Shown here: positions 54,420-64,000 of the stretch, piece by piece | Layout of the letters: every line of letters begins with the position of its first letter | Numbering within the stretch: position 1 is the stretch's first letter | Assembly: GCA_951406725.2 (NCBI GenBank) | Contig: OX597839.1 | Span: 6,510,001 to 6,574,000 of the forward strand | Reading direction: 5' to 3' | Source: Octopus vulgaris | Taxonomy: Eukaryota | DNA: 64,000 nucleotides | Notes under the pieces: generated by a model | The model's database searches: none | What the model was told of the DNA's origin: nothing | Seen by the model: the letters and a program-made list of their open reading frames with translations, nothing else | Position numbers and translations under genes: made by a program

Positions 54420-54946
54420 AGTGTGTGTATATATATGTATGCATGTATTTTATCTCACCACATAATTGCCAACTTATAAGTGGATGTTTCACATTGCGTT
54501 TTTTTTTACAGATCTATCATTAGGCCTGTTGGAGTCATTTCCATACCAATTCACTATATTTTGTGGTAGGAGTTCTGAACGAGAGGGGAAGATGCGAAAC
54601 GACCACCAAGAACGGCCGTGCAAAACATTTCGGCCACCTCATATCCTAGTCAAGACACTGTTTTAAAACTGGAAAATGTTTTCTTTTCACTCGTCTTTTA
54701 AACAGAAACACAGAAATATATATAGATACACACACACACATACACACAAATATGTATGTACACACACACATACGCACACACACACACATACTCACACACT
54801 AACACACACACCACCTGCTCAACACAGATTTGGTGAAAGCAATGTTCCTGACATTGACATCAAGGCAGTCTATAGACCATGACTGGCATTACAACCTTGC
54901 ACTATATATGACTTTCTGTACACATACTTGCGTATACATAGACATT

Positions 54947-54991
<45 letters not shown>

Positions 54992-55034
54992 TCACACATA
55001 TATATTTAACATACATGCATACATACATACATAC

Positions 55035-55105
<71 letters not shown>

Positions 55106-55133
55106 TGTATGTATGTATATATATATATGTATG

Positions 55134-55165
<32 letters not shown>

Positions 55166-55205
55166 TATATGTATGTATGTATATATATATATATATATAT
55201 GTATG

Positions 55206-55237
<32 letters not shown>

Positions 55238-55238
55238 T

Positions 55239-55315
<77 letters not shown>

Positions 55316-55727
55316 TGTATGTATGTATGTATGTATATTCACGCCATATGTCTCTCGTCTTTTGGACAGGAAGTTCCCTGTCAGGACATTCCATTTGTGT
55401 GTGTGTGTCGACTGAGTTCTTGCTTGCATGCATTTTAATCAGTTCTGGCGTCCATAACTGCGTGTGCTCATGACTGACACACACACACACGTACACACAA
55501 ACACACACACGCACGCACACACACATATACACACACATACACACACACACACGCACACACGCACACACGTACTCACTCACACTCACACTTTCACATGAAC
55601 ACAACGCAAACACAAACATACACAAATTTGTATATAAGTGTACATCGACGTGTTTATCTGTATATGTATGTGTGTATATACATACATACACACCCACACA
55701 CACACGCACACATATATACACACACAT

Positions 55728-55760
<33 letters not shown>

Positions 55761-55820
55761 CACACATATATATATATGTATATGTATATATATATGTATG
55801 TATATATGTATGCATGTATG

Positions 55821-55856
<36 letters not shown>

Positions 55857-55869
55857 TGTATGTATGGCG

Positions 55870-55922
<53 letters not shown>

Positions 55923-56345
55923 ATATATATGAATATGCGTATATGTGTACGCAGGGTACTACGTTTCTATTTGGTTGTAGAAAAGAAAGAATACATCTTT
56001 TATCGTTGATACCCTAGCTGATGACCTCCTCTTTCGCCTATTTGGGATGCGAAACTTCAAGTCATTGAACAAACAGCAGTCATGTTAACTCTTGCCGACC
56101 TTTACACCTCGTATCAAGCTTACATTCATGGTCATTATCTTGATAACCCACCCAGCGCTATGAAAAAAAATGTCATCTTCTTGACTTCCATCGTGTATTT
56201 GTAGATGAACGCATTCATTCACATGGCAAGGATCCGTTTTAACACTTTGCCAACCAAGTCTGTTTTGGCACAATATTTTCTTTTGCATCACCGTTCTAAT
56301 TTTGTTATAAAATGTGCATTTGGGTAAACAATTTTTAACCAAAAT

Positions 56346-56504
56346 AGGCGCCGGTTTGGCTGTCTGTTAAGAAGTTTGCTTCCAAACCACATGGTTCCGG
56401 ATACTGCCCTATTGCGTAGCGCCTTGGGCAAGTGTCTTCTACTATAGCATTGGGCCAACAAAAGCTTTGTGAGTAGATTTGCTAGACGGAAACTAGAAGC
56501 CCAC

Positions 56505-56505
<1 letters not shown>
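56346..56505 (+). mobile_element. SINE family B, 5' half (another lies at 62005-62137, -)
   Basis: Diverged head and CCTTGGGCAAGTGTCTTCTACTATAGC. Confidence 0.8.
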
Positions 56506-56575
<70 letters not shown>

Positions 56576-56622
56576 ATGTGTGTGTGTGTGTGTATATCAA
56601 TTAAGTCTGGATTTACTCCTAA

Positions 56623-56674
<52 letters not shown>

Positions 56675-56727
56675 TTATATATATATATTTATATATATAT
56701 TGTTGCAAAATTATGTGCACACAATCT

Positions 56728-56784
<57 letters not shown>

Positions 56785-56787
<3 letters not shown>

Positions 56788-56860
56788 AGCTTCTACAGGA
56801 CTAGAACTGGTTCATTCAAGAGAAATCTTCAGAAACAGTTCTAGTCCTGTAGAAGCTCCT
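56785..56860. other. Perfect 25-bp stem hairpin with a 26-nt loop
   Basis: AGGAGCTTCTACAGGACTAGAACTG (56785-56809) is the exact reverse complement of 56836-56860. Confidence 0.9.
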
Positions 56861-56940
56861 TCTATATAATAAATTAATTTTACTCTGCTATGTATTGAGT
56901 ACCTTATTTACTGTGGTTAACCCCGAATCAACCCGGGACC

Positions 56941-57322
<382 letters not shown>

Positions 57323-57480
57323 CATATACATATATGCAAACGAAGCCGGCTATGCGCAAAATGAAACCAAAAAGGAAAAATTCAGTAGCCACTAATTGTG
57401 ACTAAGGGTGCAGGGTAGCACCTATATTGCTAGAAATAAGAGTTAAAATAATCTTAGAGCATATTTTCATATATATATAT

Positions 57481-57513
<33 letters not shown>

Positions 57514-57561
57514 ATATACATACATACATGCATACATATATACATACATATATACATATAC

Positions 57562-57596
<35 letters not shown>

Positions 57597-57771
57597 TCAT
57601 TTAATCCATATGTGTATGTATATGTATAAATATATATATATATATGTATGCATGTACACTCACATATATTCATGTTTGTTTGTCTCTCTCTCTCCCTATC
57701 TCTTCCTCTCTCTCCATACCTCCCCCACACATACATACCCATACATGTATATACATGCAAATTCACACACT

Positions 57772-57805
<34 letters not shown>

Positions 57806-58375
57806 CTCACACACACACACACACATACATATATAAATTTGTGCATATGTATCTCCATGTAGAGATATTTCTCTCTTGTTCTCTCACTAGAGGGTAACAT
57901 TTCAGCTTTAGTTGTGTGTGAAGCTGTAAAACGTTTTTGTAAATCCGTCGAATGTTAGTTTTGAAACCCAAGACCGAACAGCAGCTTGCCCTCCTCATCC
58001 ATTCACCTCATCTTCGTTTGTCGTTCTCCTCCATCACACTTCAGTCAGCGATTCTCATTCCATTGTCTCAAAGAACTATTTCTCCACCCATTTCTTGTCC
58101 TACGCCTCCACCTTCTCTCACCGATATCCTAATCCCCATCCTCACACAAAAACCCTACCCGGTCTTTTCTCACACCTCCCACATCAGACGTGTTTTTGTT
58201 TCTTTTTCAGGATTTTGTGTCTTCATATCTTCACTCCATTATTATATTGAGTTTATATTCCTTCATCTTCCAATTTGTTTTGTTTGCTGTTGTTTACAGA
58301 TCTGACGGAGCATTCCCTTGATCAAAAACGTTCCACCCATGACCATCGTATATTACTTTCTTCAGAAACAATTTT

Positions 58376-58472
58376 AGGATCTTTTTGGCTTGAACGGCAG
58401 TTTTTTTAAAACGGGCCGACCAAAGCCTTGTGAGTGGATTTGGTAGACGGAAACTGAAAGAAGCCCGTCGTA

Positions 58473-58523
<51 letters not shown>

Positions 58524-58875
58524 TTGTGTGTGTCTGTGTTTGTCCCCCTAGCATTGCTTGACAACCGATGCTGGTGTGTTTATGTCCCCGTTACTTAGCG
58601 GTTCGGCAAAAGAGACCGATAGAATAAGTACTGGGCTTACAAAAGAATAAGTCCCGGGTTCGAGTTGCTCGATTAAAGGCGGTGCCCCAGCATGGCCGCA
58701 GTCAAATGACTGAAACAAGTAAAAGAGTAAAAGAGTAAAGAGTAACTAAACACTTTTAAACTTCGTATACTGATAGAAAGTGTTTATAAAATATCTTTTT
58801 CTCTTGGCTTTATTGAGAAAATTCTATAGTTTGTAAGATATTTGTTGTTCTTATTCTTCAATTTCTCCAATTTCA
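58376..58875 (+). mobile_element. MITE family A 5' part, interrupted by a 5'-truncated SINE B (58412-58744)
   Basis: Left TIR AGGATCTTTTTGGCTTGAACGGCAG, then the SINE, then GTAACTAAACACTTTTAAACTTCG resumes the MITE body. Confidence 0.85.
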
Positions 58876-59040
58876 CTGTCTCATCCTCAAGATGGAGAAA
58901 TGTTGGAGTATATTTCCTGTGCATTTTACACTTGTGCAACGTTATTTATGTTGCTTCCGTTATTAACTGTCTATTTTTTTGTGGAGAATTCTCAAGAGTA
59001 CATACGTGCTCCTCTAATATGTTCCTATCTAGTTTTGCTT

Positions 59041-59568
59041 TGTGTTGTATATGTAGTGTATTTCTGTTGCTTCTCTTTGCAGGAGCATTGTGTTGTGTAT
59101 GTAGTGTATTTCTGTTGCTTGTCTTTGCAGGAGCATTGTGTTGTGTATGTAGTGTATTTCTGTTGCTTGTCTTTGCAGGAGCATTGTGTTGTGTATGTAG
59201 TGTATTTCTGTTGCTTCTCTTTGCAGGAGCATTGTGTTGTGTATGTAGTGTATTTCTGTTGCTTGTCTTTGCAGGAGCATTGTGTTGTGTATGTAGTGTA
59301 TTTGTGTTGCTTGTCTTTGCAGGAGCATTGTGTTGTGTATGTAGTGTATTTCTGTTGCTTCTCTTTGCAGGAGCATTGTGGTGTGTATGTAGTGTATTTC
59401 TTATACTTCTCTTTGCAGGAGCATTGTGGTGTGTATGTAGTGTATTTCTGTTGCTTCTCTTTGCAGGAGCATTGTGTTGTGTATGTAGTGTATTTCTGTT
59501 GCTTCTCTTTGCAGGAGCATTGTTTTGTCTATGTAGTGTATTTCTGTTACTTCTCTTTGCAGGAGCAT
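59041..59568. repeat. 48-bp minisatellite, 11 copies
   Basis: Unit TGTGTTGTGTATGTAGTGTATTTCTGTTGCTT(C/G)TCTTTGCAGGAGCAT; 528 bp equals 11 x 48. Confidence 0.97.
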
Positions 59569-60275
59569 TAGAAACCGACTGAAGTGTGTCGTATTCAGAC
59601 GAACAATAAAACAGCTACAGTCGTGAAGTTTGAAGCGTTCTCATTTACTATCGAATTTGTACATCAGACTAGCATTAATTTGTTCATTATTAACGTTAAT
59701 TTATAGTTTAGTGCCATGCAATTTGTATAGTTTAACGAAACTGTAGATAAAGTGTTCATACAGTCTATACTTTGCGTTTATGCGTTTGATTCACTTAACG
59801 CGTGGTTAGTATTATTCTTATAAAGTCTGATGTTTGTTATATTTATAGCGGTTTATTTTTCTTGTATCATTCTGCGGCTTGGTCTATTAGTTTATCAGAC
59901 AAACCATGTTCATTAACTTTTTGTTTTAATTCTGTAGATTTCTATAGCTAGTGTTTCTTCTATGGAAGAGAATCTAAATATTCTATGCATAGATTTCATC
60001 AGCGACACACTGTGTCTGTGTGCATATTCATGGTCTCCATGTAACGATATGCATTTATTTGTATCTTTAGTGCAAACGGATGTGTTGCATTGTATCTGAT
60101 ATTTTTTATAAGAATGTTTGTTTACATCCTTATGTCTAGAAAGGGAAGTGCATGTATGTATGTATGTATGTATGTATGTATGTATGTATGTATGTATGTA
60201 TGTATGTATGTAGGTACGTATATACACATATACATATATATATGTACATATATATATATATACAAATATATATAT

Positions 60276-60319
<44 letters not shown>

Positions 60320-60970
60320 CAATACATATATTCATTATATAATATGTATTATATAATATATATATATATTTATTATATAATATATTATATAATATATATG
60401 TATTATATAAAATGAAAATATATGCTTCAATTTATATGTGCATACATAAATACACACAGATATACATTCTTACATACATACGTACATACATACACATATA
60501 CGTACATATTATGTAATATATATATATATTTTTTTTGGGGGGGGTATTTACTGATTGTGGGAAACCTGCAAATAGTTTGAGAAAAAAACCGCATTTACAA
60601 GTAAACATGTCCATCAATCCACCCTCATCAGCATCATAAATCGCAAGCATATACAATCATAGATACACATGTAGCTGTGTGTAAAGACACACAGATTCAC
60701 AAACATATTTTTGTATTTGTGTACAAGTGCATTTGTGCATGTGCGTGTTTGTGTGGGGGTGTATCTATATATGTATATGTATAAGTGTGTATTTGTATGT
60801 GCAGGGGATGTTTTTATGAATATGTATGTGAATTCGTGGCTGTATGTGTGTTTCATTTAGGCATGTGCGTGTTAGTTCCTGCTTGGATGAATGTGACAGA
60901 GTAGAAACGTTTCCATATAGGTGTGTGTGAATTCTTCACAATCTGTACGTCCATATATATACACGTAAAG

Positions 60971-61005
<35 letters not shown>

Positions 61006-61401
61006 CACACACACATTTATATATATATATATATATACAATATACACACGTACACAGAGAAATATTTCTCAAATGCAAAGTAGAAGGAAAACAAAAAACA
61101 AAAAGAGTGAAACACAACGAAGCGAATATTTCAGTTCCGCTTAATTGTAGCACAACAAAGAGTTGAAACAACAACTACAACAATGGTAACAACAACAACA
61201 GCAGCAACAACAACAACAACAGCAGCAGCATTGACTGCATTAAGAACAACAGCAGCAATAACAAGAATAAAAACCACGTTACGAAACAGTCTTAAGCATT
61301 CAGACGTTGTTAAAAACATATCAAAGCTATCTTAATTAGCGTCTAAGCAGCTACAGTTCCTTAACTGTGGAATTGTTATTGCAATACAGTAGTAGCAGTA
61401 T

Positions 61402-61449
<48 letters not shown>

Positions 61450-61948
61450 CAGCAGTAGTAGTAGTAGCAGCAGTGGTAGTAGTGGCAGTAGTAGCAGCAG
61501 TAGTAGCAGGTGGTGGTAGTGGTAGTGGTAATAGTGGTGGTGGTAATAGTATTGGTGGTAGTGTTGGTAGTAGTAGAAGTAGTAGTAATAGTGGTAGTGG
61601 TGGTGGTAGTTGTAGTAGTGGTAGTAGTAGTGGTTTTAGTGGTGGTACTGATGGTGGTAGTAGTTTTAGTGGTAGTGGTGGTGATAGTGGCAGTAGTGGT
61701 GGTGATGGTAGGAGTAGTAGTAGCGCTAGTAATAGTGCTGGTGGTGGTGGTGGTGCTGATACTAGTACTAGTAGTTGTAGTAGTTGTGGTGTTGGTGTTG
61801 TTGTTGGTGATGGTAGTAGTAGAGGTAATAGTAGCAGTAGTGGTGGTGGTGGTAGTGATAGTTGTAGTTGTAGTAGTGGTATTTATTGCTGGGTGATGTG
61901 GTGGCATTTACATATATTTCTATATATATATAGGTGTGTGTGTGTATA

Positions 61949-61990
<42 letters not shown>

Positions 61991-62303
61991 TGCACATACA
62001 TAGAGCTCTTTCAGTTTGTACCAACCATATCAAGATTTTGGTCGGTCCGAGGCTATAGTAGATGACATGTGACACAGTGGCACTGAACCCGGGACCATGC
62101 GGTTGAGAAACAAACTTCTTACCATACAGCTACGCCTAAACGTATTGTGTTAAAGACACAAAATACTTAATAACGAAGTGAAACAAATTCGCATCTCAGC
62201 TGCCTATTTCTGAGATGATACGATTTCTCAATATCATGTAATCATGTCCCTTCCAAAACGAGCTCTAATCAGTTAGTCTGAAATATATAGCTTTATTTTA
62301 TAT

Positions 62304-62722
62304 CTATTTCTTTACTACCCACAAGGGGCTAAACACAGAGAAGATAAACAAGGATAGACAAACGGATTAATTCGATTATATCGACCCCAGTGCGTAACTG
62401 GTACTTATTTAATCGACCCCGAAAGGATGAAAGGCAAAGTCGACCTCGGCGGAATTTGAACTCAGAACGTAGCAGCAGACGAAATACCTATTTCTATTTC
62501 TTTATTACCCTCAAGGGGCTAAACACAGAGGGAACAAACAAAGACAGACATAGGTATTAAGTCGATTACATCGACCCCAGTGCGTAACTGGTACTTAATT
62601 TATCGACCCCGAAAGGATGAAATGCAAAGTCGACCTCGGCGGAATTTCAACTCAGAACGTAACAGCAGACGAAATACCGCTAAGCATTTCGCCCGGCGTG
62701 CTAACGTTTCTGCCAGCTCGCC
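62304..62722 (-). mobile_element. SINE family C, two tandem units with an intact head
   Basis: Head GGCGAGCTGGCAGAAACGTTAGC on the minus strand; duplicated body. Confidence 0.9.
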
Positions 62723-63780
62723 TCCTTTAAAAACCCTCATCCCTTTATTTGATATCGCTTAGCATTCTTGAAACGGGAAGTTTAGTCTCACCAAGAAGCA
62801 GTAGGAAGAAAAACAACCGCAAAGACAAGAAGACACAGTAAAAGATAGAATGTGTACAGAACACAATAGCACTAAACAACATGGCGGACGTGGTTTTAAC
62901 GATGTTCTGAACGGTAGAGAAATATCAAAATACATATCTTACAAGTGTATTTTTGTATTTAAATATTTCTATACATTAATACATACATCCATAACTACAT
63001 ACATACATACATACATAAATACACACAGAGATAAGTACATACATATATACATATGTTTTCACAAACATATATGTAACTGTGTATGTATAGCTAATGTGTG
63101 TATGTACTTTGGTGTGTTTATAATGAACACATAATTTGTATCGGTGTGGGAACAACATCAATAGGTATGTCATAGGTAAAGTGCCTGGGTGCAGTTAGTT
63201 TTCCCACGAATATAGTTTTTTTCCCATTTCTGTATTTTACCGCATCCGAGTGTTTTTGTCTCCTTGTGTGAAAAAAACCCTATCCCTTTATGCAAATATA
63301 TATGTATGTATGTATATGTATATCTATACATTTACATGCCTGTGTGTGTGTGTGTATTTGAATATATAACTGTATATTCACATATACAAGCATATATGCA
63401 TCCATGCAACTCTCAAGCATTCGCCCCCACTCCCCACGCACATCCAAAGCACTGTGAACCATAAATGTCCTCAAAATCATGTGTGAAACATATGAATATA
63501 TATTTATATACACAGCTGTATATAAATTTTCATGTTCAAAAGGCACTGAAAAAGAAACAGTAAATAATGGAATGAATTAAAGCCAATGTAGTCAAACCCG
63601 GATATTTGATCACGTTATAAGTTTAATCATTATAGCATTACAGAAAAGCAATGCCCGCCCAAAGACGTAACAGATTTATCGTCCAGTAAAATAAATCCAC
63701 AATCCGGACGTATAATGCATCACAGGACATAAATACTTCTTAATATTATAATAAGTAAATACGGAGTAGTAGTAGTAGTA

Positions 63781-63818
<38 letters not shown>

Positions 63819-63821
<3 letters not shown>

Positions 63822-64000
63822 CTTTCAAAATACAAAGACCTGGAAATAGAGGTAACCAGAATGTGGAATCTAAAAGCAGAAACAAGCCCTATCATAATAG
63901 GTGCATTAGGCATTAATAATAATAATAAACTTTCAAAATACAAAGACCTGGAAATAGAGGTAACCAGAAGTGGAATCTAAAAGCAGAAACAAGCCCTATC
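63819..64000 (+). pseudogene. Tandemly duplicated R4/Dong-like RLE C-terminal fragment embedded in (TAA)n
   Basis: KLSKYKDLEIEVTRMWNLKAETSPIIIGALG at 63819-63911; the second copy starts at 63927 with a 1-nt deletion. Both are preceded by (TAA)n. Confidence 0.8.

Noticed and set aside
56018-56063. HHR-like CTGATGA...GAAACTTCAAGTC
   Set aside because: The core and stem III are present, but stem I does not pair and stem II is weak; at best a decayed copy.
56085-56342. 85-aa non-repetitive ORF as a host exon
   Set aside because: No recognisable domain or convincing splice signals.
58842-59582. 246-aa Cys-rich hydrophobic membrane protein
   Set aside because: It begins inside MITE A at a non-ATG codon and is open only because the 48-bp unit lacks stops.

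Overview
This is AT-rich, repeat-dominated eukaryotic DNA. The SINE families and microsatellite load suggest an octopus or other coleoid cephalopod intron or intergenic region (inference, no database check). No intact host protein-coding gene is supported, and almost all ORFs in the track are microsatellite translations. The window holds three abundant tRNA-type SINE families, a TIR MITE carrying (CCCTAA)n, decayed LINE pieces (CR1/L2-like, RTE-like, R4/Dong-like RLE, Penelope GIY-YIG), and two minisatellites. Three observations stand out. (1) At 20784-24084 is a head-to-tail array of an ORF1-only zinc-knuckle retroelement. Every unit is punctuated by the 14-nt motif CTGGTGATTGTCAC, which is the 5' strand of stem I of a hammerhead ribozyme (HHR) at 24074-24132; an uninterrupted copy of that ribozyme element lies at 52449-52798. 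(2) About ten HHR-like motifs from roughly six short non-coding repeat families are mostly lodged in (TA)n tracts, some with compensatory changes. (3) Two SINE families share their 3' tails with retroelements present in the same window. All structures were read by eye and none was computationally folded or searched.
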